Shown here: positions 8,967-17,484 of the stretch, in pieces
How the letters are laid out: each line of letters opens with the position of its first letter
Numbering within the stretch: the stretch's first letter is position 1
Assembly (NCBI GenBank): GCA_964463965.1
Contig: CAYXED010000002.1
Location: 155,387 to 219,386, forward strand
Direction of reading: 5' to 3'
DNA from: an uncultured Nitrospiraceae bacterium
GTDB lineage: Bacteria > Nitrospirota > Nitrospiria > Nitrospirales > UBA2166
Length of the DNA stretch: 64,000 nt
Position numbers and translations under genes: made by a program
The notes under the pieces: model-generated
The model's input: only the letters and a program-made list of their open reading frames with translations
Databases searched by the model: none
Told to the model about the DNA's origin: nothing

Positions 8967-10013
8967 GTGAATATTCAAAAATCTCATGAAAGTGGATTAG
9001 TCGTTCCTCCTAATATTGCTGGAACCGTTGTGATTGTTGATGGGCTTCCTGGATGTGGAAAAACAATGTTGACGGCAATCATTGGAACGCTGGCAAGAGT
9101 CCAGTTAATGAAATTTAATTATCACTTCGAGCATGTGTGTGCCCTTCATCATCTAAATTTGATTGATGAAAACACGGCAGCTGCATTGCTTCGGATACAA
9201 ACGGATCTTGATTTGCACAACGGCATGATGGCGAGAGATACTAACTTTAGATTTTCTGATTTATCATCCGTTTGGAGTCATTCGAAGGCATTACAGTATC
9301 TTATTCGAGCCTTTGGGCCTGGTGATGCAGCGGTAATTCCTAGAATTCAACGCGAAAACCCTATTTTCCATCTTGCAACGCATGCGGCATTGGGGGTCAG
9401 TGAACCCATATTTGCGGCATTGGGAAATAGGCTTCGTATGGTTGAAGTGGTTCGGCATCCATTGTACATGCTTAAACAGTGGTGTATTTGGATGCCTCGT
9501 GCAGGTGTTGACCCAAGAATGTTTGGCCTTTGGGTTCGGTATGGAAATCATTCGGTCCCCTCTTTTGCACATGGCTGGGAAGACCTTTTTCTCAGGTCAA
9601 ACATTATGGATCGAAGTATCTACGGAATAGAAAATCGATGGAGCCTTGGAGTGAGGCGGCTTAGTCAGCTTTCCGAGGAAGACCGGAGTTTGGTTATGAT
9701 GATTCCGTTTGAGAAATTTGTTATAGATCCAAAGCCTTTTATTCAAAATCTGGAAAACTTTATTGGTACCACAACCACATCCAGTACAAAACGGACAATG
9801 AAACAGCAAAAGGTTCCTAGGACAATGTATGCCGAAGGAGTCGGTTTTAGTATCTACAAACAGTATGGTTGGGAACCGCCAGATCCAGGTGCTACTGAGC
9901 AGCAAGAATTAGATAAGAGGATGGCATTTGCAGAATCAGAAGCGAGTCCTGAGGCATTGGCGGTACTTAAAAGGTTATGTGAGCGTTATGAGGCGGAATA
10001 TCTTCCACAATGA
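8967..10013 (+). CDS. P-loop protein with sulfotransferase-like pattern (tentative)
   Basis: 348 aa. GTG start with no clear RBS. GLPGCGKT lies near the N-terminus. VVRHPL and the C-terminal IPFEKFVIDPKPFIQNLENFIG resemble sulfotransferase PAPS-binding and C-terminal patterns. A kinase is also possible. Confidence 0.4.
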   Translation: MNIQKSHESGLVVPPNIAGTVVIVDGLPGCGKTMLTAIIGTLARVQLMKFNYHFEHVCALHHLNLIDENTAAALLRIQTDLDLHNGMMARDTNFRFSDLSSVWSHSKALQYLIRAFGPGDAAVIPRIQRENPIFHLATHAALGVSEPIFAALGNRLRMVEVVRHPLYMLKQWCIWMPRAGVDPRMFGLWVRYGNHSVPSFAHGWEDLFLRSNIMDRSIYGIENRWSLGVRRLSQLSEEDRSLVMMIPFEKFVIDPKPFIQNLENFIGTTTTSSTKRTMKQQKVPRTMYAEGVGFSIYKQYGWEPPDPGATEQQELDKRMAFAESEASPEALAVLKRLCERYEAEYLPQ

Positions 10014-10112
10014 TTGTGATAGAGCTCAGTTTTGGTCGTGAGACGGTGTAATGTCTTTACTATATTGTCATATGGCTAGCAGTTGGACTAGTATTACTGG
10101 TATGGGTGTGGA

Positions 10113-12284
10113 GTGGGTGACAATGTTGTTATGAGTGCGCTCAATATACTAAAGGATGTTCCGCTAAAGGTGTATATCTGCGACCTTACTCATGATACCG
10201 TTGTTTTAGTGTCCGATACTATCCCTATCAATGTTGGGTTTATCGGTGCATATGCGAAGAAAACTCACGGTGATGCCATTGATACGGCTCTGTTTAAATA
10301 CCCTCAAGCAGTTATTGAGGCAATTAAGGCCAATCCTCCAGATGTAATTGCTCTGAGTAATTACTCGTGGAATAGCAGGCTTTCAGAACGTATTGCACGA
10401 TTCGCAAAGGAATGCAACCCTAAAGTGGTTACGGTGCAAGGTGGAACAAACTTTCCTCACACCGAACAGCAGCAGCTTGAATTTTTACGCTCGCGTCCTT
10501 CGACAGATGTGTATGTAGAATTGGAAAGTGAAATGGCGTTTGCAGGGTTGATTTCTAAAATATTAGCTTGTAAGGATTCGAGGGAAACGATTTTTGAGAG
10601 TTTGATCCCCGGATGTGTATTCATCGAGCCTTCGACACGCCATAAGAGTAGCCCAGTTCTTCGCCGAGGGGAGTTGCTTCCACGTTTTGATAATCTCGAT
10701 GATATTCCATCACCTTATCTTACTGGAACACTAGACCATTTTTTTGATGGTCGATTGACACCCTTTATTGAGACTAATCGAGGTTGTCCATTTTTATGTA
10801 CTTTCTGTCACACTGGGGCGGAATATTTTAACAAAACGAAAATGTTTTCTTTTGAACGTGTTGCAGAAGAGATTAACTATATTGCCCCTCGTGTTGCGGA
10901 TCTTGGTATTGTCAATCTTCATCTTGCTGATACAAACTTTGGAATGTATCAACGTGACCGAGAGATTTGTGAGGCATTGCTGAGGAGTCAGGAAACATTT
11001 GGTTGGCCACGACAGATCATGGCTACCACTGGGAAAAATAACAAGGCACGAGTGATAGATATTACGAAAATTATGGGAACAGTGTTTTCGGTTAATATGT
11101 CTGTTCAGTCAATGGATCAAAAGGTATTGTCGAATATTAAACGAGATAATATTCGAATTGAGGATTATACCAAGGTCACTCAACATTTAAATGAAGTTGG
11201 CCGTGCTACAAAAGCAGAACTTATTTCTGGTCTTCCTGGGGAAACCCGTGAATCGTATGTTCGAGGTGTGAAGCAGGTAATGGAGTCAGGAGCGAGTAAT
11301 ATAGGCTCTTATACTTTGATGCTTCTTCATGGGACAGAATTTAAGGAGCCTGAGTATCGTACTAAGTTTGCGATAGAGGGAAAGTATAGGATTGTTCCTC
11401 TCGATTTTGGGGAATATGAAGGTGAGAAGGTTTTTGATACCGAAGAAGTATGTATTGCAACAAATACAATGACATTTGATGATTATGTTTGGATTCGAGG
11501 GTTATGTTTATTTGTTGAGGTTATGCACAATAATAGACCATTTGATGAGTTGATACGATATGGCATTGGTTGTGGGCTTACAAGGTTTGAGATTATTACT
11601 CGCGCGTATGATGAAATTAAAAATTCTCCGGCTCAAGTGCGTGAGATTGTTGATGCGTTTATGGATGAGACTCGTCGAGAATTATGGGATTCTGATGAGG
11701 AATTAATGGCATGGTTTGAGCGTGATGAAAACTATGCGAGGCTTGTTCGAGGCGAAGTTGGTGGGAATCTAATTTATAAATATAAGGCGATGAGTTTAGC
11801 ATTTCATAGTGATGAGTGGGTTGAGTTTCTTAGCTCCATCATCAGGCAACTTGTTCAAGAAATTAGACCTCAACTTGATGCGACGAAGCAATTGGAGCGA
11901 GAACTTGGATTGCTTGTGACATATGTCAAAAATAAACTAGCTGGAATTTTAAATTGTGAGGGGGATGAAGAGCCTCGTTCTATGGAGTCAGGCTTTGATA
12001 TAAAGAAGTGGGTTAAAAGTCCAGAAGGAAGTTCCTTGGAAAGCTTTGCTTTGACGAACTCTCTTACTTATACTTTTGAATATTCTCCAGATCAGTTTGT
12101 GGCCAGGCGAGATTATTTTAAGCGATATGGTACTGATGTTAATGCGTTAAGTAAAATTGTAACTCGCGTCAGTAATGTGGAAAGTCTATTCCGGACGATT
12201 CATGTAAAAAGCTCTGAGGGTACTGCATTAGTTACAGATTACGAACAAAAAGACGAGTTTACTCGGTATACCCTTTTTAACTGA
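10113..12284 (+). CDS. B12-binding-domain radical SAM enzyme (class B)
   Basis: 723 aa. The N-terminal segment is B12-binding-like (DVIALSNYSWN ... VVTVQGG). The 4Fe-4S motif is CPFLCTFC (CxxxCxxC). A C-terminal extension of about 250 aa has no motif I recognise. The start is GTG 10113 or ATG 10131. Confidence 0.85.
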   Translation: MGDNVVMSALNILKDVPLKVYICDLTHDTVVLVSDTIPINVGFIGAYAKKTHGDAIDTALFKYPQAVIEAIKANPPDVIALSNYSWNSRLSERIARFAKECNPKVVTVQGGTNFPHTEQQQLEFLRSRPSTDVYVELESEMAFAGLISKILACKDSRETIFESLIPGCVFIEPSTRHKSSPVLRRGELLPRFDNLDDIPSPYLTGTLDHFFDGRLTPFIETNRGCPFLCTFCHTGAEYFNKTKMFSFERVAEEINYIAPRVADLGIVNLHLADTNFGMYQRDREICEALLRSQETFGWPRQIMATTGKNNKARVIDITKIMGTVFSVNMSVQSMDQKVLSNIKRDNIRIEDYTKVTQHLNEVGRATKAELISGLPGETRESYVRGVKQVMESGASNIGSYTLMLLHGTEFKEPEYRTKFAIEGKYRIVPLDFGEYEGEKVFDTEEVCIATNTMTFDDYVWIRGLCLFVEVMHNNRPFDELIRYGIGCGLTRFEIITRAYDEIKNSPAQVREIVDAFMDETRRELWDSDEELMAWFERDENYARLVRGEVGGNLIYKYKAMSLAFHSDEWVEFLSSIIRQLVQEIRPQLDATKQLERELGLLVTYVKNKLAGILNCEGDEEPRSMESGFDIKKWVKSPEGSSLESFALTNSLTYTFEYSPDQFVARRDYFKRYGTDVNALSKIVTRVSNVESLFRTIHVKSSEGTALVTDYEQKDEFTRYTLFN

Positions 12285-12446
12285 TTTATTGAGAATTTTA
12301 CCTTCCGTGATGTAGGGAAGCGTTAGCTTTTGTTCCCAGGGTGCTGTTCTGTGAGCGCTTGTGAGAACGAGTTGTCGCGGGCACCTTTTTACTCCACTAG
12401 TCATATCACATGTATTCTGACCGATTGAAGTATTCGTGGGTTTTTT

Positions 12447-13565
12447 GTGGTTGCTTGCTACGAGAAACCTCTCTGCAGTCTGATGTTGAAAATGGATGAA
12501 AATTACCTTAAGGAAGTTAACTCTATTCAATTTTCCGGACGTGCTGTCGGTTCAGGTTTTCCATGTTTTATTATTGCTGAAGCGGGCGTAAATCATAATG
12601 GTAGTCTTGATATGGCAAGACAGCTAATTGATGCAGCGGCAGAAGCCGGTGCAGATGCAGTGAAGTTCCAGACCTTTAATGCGGAGAAACTTGTTGGTTC
12701 TGGAGTATCAAAAGCAGAATATCAATTGAAAACAACAGACCCAGATGAGTCACAGTTGACAATGTTGCGTCGCCTTGAATTTTCAATGGATTCGCACCGT
12801 GTTTTGCGTGACTATAGTGATGAAAAAGGCATTCTTTTCTTGTCAACGCCATTTGACCAAGAGTCTGTGGATCTTCTTGATCAGTTGGGTATACCTGTTT
12901 TCAAGATCAGCTCTGGGGATATTACTAATTGGCCTCTCTTAAAATATATTGCTAAGAAGGGGAAGCCTATTATTCTCTCTACTGGAATGTCTTATCTTGA
13001 AGAGGTCAGTGAAGCTATACGTTTAATTTTTGAAACAGGTAATGATCAAGTAAGTGTGTTGCACTGTGTTTCGAATTACCCTGCGAATCCTGAGGATATA
13101 AACTTACAAGCAATGGCAACGATGGCAAAGTCCTTTCGTCTTCCCGTGGGTTATTCAGACCATACTTTAGGCATTGAAATTTCGTTTGCTGCGGTAGCAT
13201 GTGGAGCGTGTATTATTGAAAAGCACTTCACGTTAGATAGGGCGCTGCCAGGGCCGGACCATGCTATCTCCATATTACCTCAGGAGCTTGCAGCGTTAAC
13301 CCGTGGGGTGAGGTTGATTTCAGGCGCATTAGGCAATGGCGAAAAAATTCCAGCAAAAAGCGAAAAAAAATCTCGTGAGGTTGCTAGAAGAAGCTTGGTG
13401 GCCTCTTGTGATATTGCACCTGGCACTGTCATTGAAGAGCCGATGATTCTGTGCATGCGACCTGGTACTGGGCTATCTCCAATATATTGTGATTGGGTTA
13501 TTGGGCGGAGAGCTAAGGTCAAGATTATGGCTAATCAGTTGATAGCAAGAGAAATGTTCGAATGA
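12447..13565 (+). CDS. neuB: N-acetylneuraminate/legionaminate synthase family (NeuB/LegI-like), canonical paralogue
   Basis: FIIAEAGVNHNGSLDMA, KFQTF, GYSDHTLG and EKHFTLDR are present, with a C-terminal SAF-like domain. The maximal ORF starts at GTG 12447. ATG 12483 or 12492 is the more likely true start. Confidence 0.9.
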   Translation: MVACYEKPLCSLMLKMDENYLKEVNSIQFSGRAVGSGFPCFIIAEAGVNHNGSLDMARQLIDAAAEAGADAVKFQTFNAEKLVGSGVSKAEYQLKTTDPDESQLTMLRRLEFSMDSHRVLRDYSDEKGILFLSTPFDQESVDLLDQLGIPVFKISSGDITNWPLLKYIAKKGKPIILSTGMSYLEEVSEAIRLIFETGNDQVSVLHCVSNYPANPEDINLQAMATMAKSFRLPVGYSDHTLGIEISFAAVACGACIIEKHFTLDRALPGPDHAISILPQELAALTRGVRLISGALGNGEKIPAKSEKKSREVARRSLVASCDIAPGTVIEEPMILCMRPGTGLSPIYCDWVIGRRAKVKIMANQLIAREMFE

Positions 13566-14473
13566 ATATTCTAATAGAGGCCGCAGGGAGTAAGGTTTGG
13601 GGAACTCTTTTGCCTTACTTGAGAACCGTTTCAAGTAAAATTGTTGGATTAGATATTGATGCGTTTTCGTGTGGACTCTATATGGTCAATCAAGGATATG
13701 TGGTTCCACGATATGATGAGGTGGGATGTTTCGAAAAAATACTTAAAATTTGCAGAAATGAAAAGATTGAATTGGTTCTTCCCTCAATTAATGAAGGGTT
13801 GCTGGAGTGGGCAAAGCAGCGCGTTTCTCTCCAAAGGGAGGGAATTAAGGTCTTAATATCTCCACCTGAATCTATTGCAATATGTCAGGATAAGTGGGAG
13901 ACGTATCAATTTTTTTCTGACAATAAAATTCCAACCCCGCCTACCTCGCTTAGGCATGAATATGATCTTGTGAAGCCTCGAATAGGGCGAGGGGGAACTG
14001 GGATTGAACGTATTAGCCCCACCAAAAAAATTAATATGGAAGGATATATCTCGCAGCAATTTATCAATGGTGAAGAGTTTTCGGTTGATGCCTTGTGCGA
14101 TTTTGATGGAAATGTTGTTTATGTTGTGCCACGAAAGCGACTTGCTGTTGAATCTGGGCTTTCTGTGAAAGGTCAAGTCGTAAATGATTCAGAGATTGAA
14201 ATGTATGTTCGGAAAATTTTAAGCTTAACCCCTTTTATTGGTCCCATTGATATTCAATGTTTTAAAGTTGACTCTGATATATTTTTTACTGAGATAAACC
14301 CTCGTATTGCAGGTGGATTGTCTCTTTCAATGGCCGCAACTGAAAACTGGTTTGAGGCAGTTGTGGAGATGGGGAAGGGAGTTTCTATTAATCCTGTTAA
14401 GGTCAATTATGGTTTACTCACAATGAGATACCTATCTGACTGCATAATCCATGAACGCGATTTACTTTTATGA
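13562..14473 (+). CDS. ATP-grasp family ligase
   Basis: 303 aa with KPRIGRGGTGI, EFSVDAL and TEINPRIAGG. The start makes an ATGA overlap with the upstream stop. Confidence 0.8.
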   Translation: MNILIEAAGSKVWGTLLPYLRTVSSKIVGLDIDAFSCGLYMVNQGYVVPRYDEVGCFEKILKICRNEKIELVLPSINEGLLEWAKQRVSLQREGIKVLISPPESIAICQDKWETYQFFSDNKIPTPPTSLRHEYDLVKPRIGRGGTGIERISPTKKINMEGYISQQFINGEEFSVDALCDFDGNVVYVVPRKRLAVESGLSVKGQVVNDSEIEMYVRKILSLTPFIGPIDIQCFKVDSDIFFTEINPRIAGGLSLSMAATENWFEAVVEMGKGVSINPVKVNYGLLTMRYLSDCIIHERDLLL

Positions 14474-15159
14474 TTCTTGCTGCAGGTTTTGACCTAGATG
14501 ATACGTTATATGAGCACCAGCAGTATATTGAAGGTGCCTATTGGGACATTGCTTTGGAAGTTGAGAGGAGAAAGGGTATTTCAGGTAAGAAGTTTTTTAA
14601 GCGTATTTTGTCTGATTGGACAAAGCTTACTAGTCAATCTAATACTATTTTTTCGAAAGCCTTGTCAGATTATAATATTTATTCTTTGGAACTTGAATCC
14701 GACTTACTGAATGTTTATCGTGCACATGAGCCGACACTGACACCTTACCCCGGCGTTGTTCAGGGGTTGCAAGAGTTAAAAAATAAAGGGGTTCGTCTTG
14801 GTTTACTTACGGATGGACAGCTTCAAGTCCAGCAACGTAAGCTGAATGTTTTAGGTTTGGAACAATTTTTTGATGTAAAAGTGTATACCGGAAGTTTCGG
14901 GGTTGATTTTTATAAACCCCATCCTCGGGGGTTTCAAAGTCTTGTAGCTGGCCTTAAAGTGCCTTTTGGAAAAATTGCGTATTTAGGAGACAATCCGTCA
15001 ACGGATTTCCAAGTGCCTAAGGAAATTGGTATGCAAACAATACGTTTACAGACGGGGCAGTATAAAAATCTTAAGTTGAACGCGCATTCTGTTGATCAAG
15101 TATTCTCGAGTATCTCTCAAGCAATCCATTGGTTGATTGAAAATAAAGGAACAGCTTGA
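14470..15159 (+). CDS. HAD-superfamily hydrolase/phosphatase
   Basis: 229 aa with FDLDDTLY (DxDxT), LLTDG and GDNPSTD. Confidence 0.85.
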   Translation: MILAAGFDLDDTLYEHQQYIEGAYWDIALEVERRKGISGKKFFKRILSDWTKLTSQSNTIFSKALSDYNIYSLELESDLLNVYRAHEPTLTPYPGVVQGLQELKNKGVRLGLLTDGQLQVQQRKLNVLGLEQFFDVKVYTGSFGVDFYKPHPRGFQSLVAGLKVPFGKIAYLGDNPSTDFQVPKEIGMQTIRLQTGQYKNLKLNAHSVDQVFSSISQAIHWLIENKGTA

Positions 15160-15160
15160 T

Positions 15161-16330
15161 ATGAGGAAGCGTAAGTTAGTTGTTGCTTTGACGGGTATTC
15201 GCTCAGAGTATGATATTTTTTTCTCGCCTTTAAAAGCCATTCATGAGCATCCTGATTTGGAGCTTCGCCTTATAGTTGCAGGCGCACACTTGGCTTCACG
15301 TTATGGAATGACGGTAAGGCAAATTGAAGAAGATGGGTTTTCTATTGCAGAGCGAATTGAAAGTTTGCTTGATTCTGATACTTCAAGTGGACGAATAAAA
15401 TCTGCAACTGTTGAATTAATGGGTGTAGTCAGTGCACTAGACCGGTTAAATCCTGATTATCTTTTAGTATGTGGTGACAGAGAAGAAGCAATAGTAGGCG
15501 CTTTGGCAGGAGCATACATGAATATTGCTGTTGCACACATTGGTGGTGGGGATGTGGTAGTTGGAAATGTAGATGATTCTGTTCGTCATGCTGTTACGAA
15601 GCTATCGCACTTGCACTTTGCATTCAGCAAAAACAGTGCGGACAGAATTTGCTCTATGGGAGAAGAATCTTGGCGTGTGCATCTTGTGGGTAATCCTGCT
15701 TTAGACCGCTTTGGTGTACTCCCTAAGTTGTCGCGAAAAGAGTTGAGTGATCGCTTGCATTTTGATGTTACAAAGGCTCCGGTTTTATTGGTTATACAGC
15801 ATAATATTAGCAGTGAAATTGAGAGTTCTGGCGTTCAAATGCAAACTACGATAGAAGCTATTAAAGAACTAGGGTATCCGACCTTGCTAAGCTATCCAAA
15901 TTCTGATGCTGGAAGTCGTGATATTATTAAGGTTATTGATGAACGTGCAAGGCATTTGCCTAATGTCAAGGTCTACCAAAGTCTTCCAAGGCTTGAGTTT
16001 GTTAATCTTTTACAAATAGCAGATGTATTGATAGGGAATTCAAGTTTGGGGCTTCTTGAAGCGCCATTTTTAAAGCTTCCCGCAGTGAACGTAGGCAATA
16101 GGCAGAAAAAGCGGGAACATGCCGATAATGTTTTATTTGTCTCTCACGATAAAGAAGCCATAAAAGAGTCTGTCAATATGGCATTGCATGATTCAAAGTT
16201 TCTTCAGCGGCTTAATGCGTGCTCGTGTCCATTTGGTGATGGGAAGGCTGGTCAGAAGATTGCAAGCGTGCTTGCAAAAACTGAGCTTGCTCCCGTACTC
16301 GTGAATAAAGATTGGGCATTTAAAGTATAA
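15161..16330 (+). CDS. neuC: UDP/GDP-N-acetylglucosamine-type 2-epimerase (hydrolysing), NeuC/LegG-like
   Basis: TGIRSEYDI, CGDREE, HIGGGD and IGNSS give the family pattern. ATG 15161 is preceded by aaagga. The track ORF starts at TTG 15137, inside the upstream gene. Confidence 0.85.
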   Translation: MRKRKLVVALTGIRSEYDIFFSPLKAIHEHPDLELRLIVAGAHLASRYGMTVRQIEEDGFSIAERIESLLDSDTSSGRIKSATVELMGVVSALDRLNPDYLLVCGDREEAIVGALAGAYMNIAVAHIGGGDVVVGNVDDSVRHAVTKLSHLHFAFSKNSADRICSMGEESWRVHLVGNPALDRFGVLPKLSRKELSDRLHFDVTKAPVLLVIQHNISSEIESSGVQMQTTIEAIKELGYPTLLSYPNSDAGSRDIIKVIDERARHLPNVKVYQSLPRLEFVNLLQIADVLIGNSSLGLLEAPFLKLPAVNVGNRQKKREHADNVLFVSHDKEAIKESVNMALHDSKFLQRLNACSCPFGDGKAGQKIASVLAKTELAPVLVNKDWAFKV

Positions 16331-16458
16331 TTTTTCACTGATTTAACCTTATAACCTCAACCATGTACTGTCTTTATGATATGAGTGGGAAAAGTCAATT
16401 TCCCCTTGTAATATTGAATACGACTTCAGTGCATTTGATTGACTAGTAAGGGTTTAAG

Positions 16459-17484
16459 ATGCGACAAAAAAAGAACTCATTATTGACATCAAGCTCTGTA
16501 TATATTATCGCAGAAATGGCTTGTTCCCACGAAGGCGATGTTGTTTTAGGCCAATCAATAATTGATGCCGCCGGGTCTGCTGAGGCGAATGCAATTCAAT
16601 TTCAGGTTTGGTCTCTTTCGGATATGGTCGTTCCTCATCATCCAGCGTATGAAATGCTTTCAAGTATTGAGTTGTCTCGTGATTCTTGGACTAACCTTTT
16701 TCACTATGCCAGAAAAAAATTTCCTGAGATGGAAATTATCGCATGCGTTTATGAGCGTGGGAGTGTTGATTTCTGTGAGTCTCTTGGGATTGATGCATAT
16801 AAAATTCACTCTGCTGATCTTTCAAACCCTTACCTTATAAAACATATTGCACGTACAGGTAAGCCTATTGATCTAAGTGTTGGGGCGTCGACTCTTAATG
16901 AAATTCAGACTGCAGTTGAATGGATTGGCAGCAGCTCTGAATCACCAATTTGGCTTATGTATGGATATCAAGATTTCCCTACGAAAACCGATGATGTCCA
17001 TTTGAGATATATGATGAATCTCAAGCGGCTTTTTGGATTGCCTGTTGGCTATCAGGATCATAGTGATGCCGAGACTGAGGCTTCATTTTGGCTTCCAGCT
17101 GTCGCGGTGGGTATGGGTATTGATGTCCTAGAAAAACACATTACACATGATAGATCATTGAAGGGAGTAGATCATGAGGCAGCCCTAAACCCTCAAGAAT
17201 TTTCCAGTTTTGTAGGTATGGTGCGTGAAATTGAATGTGCGCTTGGAGTCTCAACTCCGAAGGAATTTTCTAAAAATGAGATTGAATATCGTCGATCATC
17301 AAAGAAGAGCCTCGTCGCAGCTCGGGCATTAGATACGGGCACGATACTCACCGAGAAAGATTTTATTTTTATGAGGGCTGAGACTTTAGGGGTTCCTCCT
17401 GATAAAGCTCATTGGTTGATTGGGAAAAAGTTAAAAAATCCAATTGCTGCATTTCATCTCATTCTTTATGAAGATCTTGAATGA
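16459..17484 (+). CDS. NeuB-family ulosonic acid synthase, divergent second paralogue
   Basis: 341 aa. GYQDHS, LEKHITHDR and a C-terminal SAF-like domain are conserved. The N-terminal active-site strand reads IIAEMACSHEGD where the canonical paralogue has IIAEAGVNHNG. Confidence 0.8.
   Translation: MRQKKNSLLTSSSVYIIAEMACSHEGDVVLGQSIIDAAGSAEANAIQFQVWSLSDMVVPHHPAYEMLSSIELSRDSWTNLFHYARKKFPEMEIIACVYERGSVDFCESLGIDAYKIHSADLSNPYLIKHIARTGKPIDLSVGASTLNEIQTAVEWIGSSSESPIWLMYGYQDFPTKTDDVHLRYMMNLKRLFGLPVGYQDHSDAETEASFWLPAVAVGMGIDVLEKHITHDRSLKGVDHEAALNPQEFSSFVGMVREIECALGVSTPKEFSKNEIEYRRSSKKSLVAARALDTGTILTEKDFIFMRAETLGVPPDKAHWLIGKKLKNPIAAFHLILYEDLE

Noticed and set aside
12285-12446. A spacer of 160-200 nt between the radical SAM gene and NeuB1, examined for a riboswitch or leader structure.
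   Set aside because: Only short imperfect stems of 5 bp were found by eye, and I recognised no conserved riboswitch motif. A covariance-model scan would be needed before any call.
16387-16404. A small hairpin (gggaaa agtcaa tttccc) in the NeuC/NeuB2 spacer.
   Set aside because: The stem is 6 bp with no T-tract. It is not convincing as a terminator or regulatory element.
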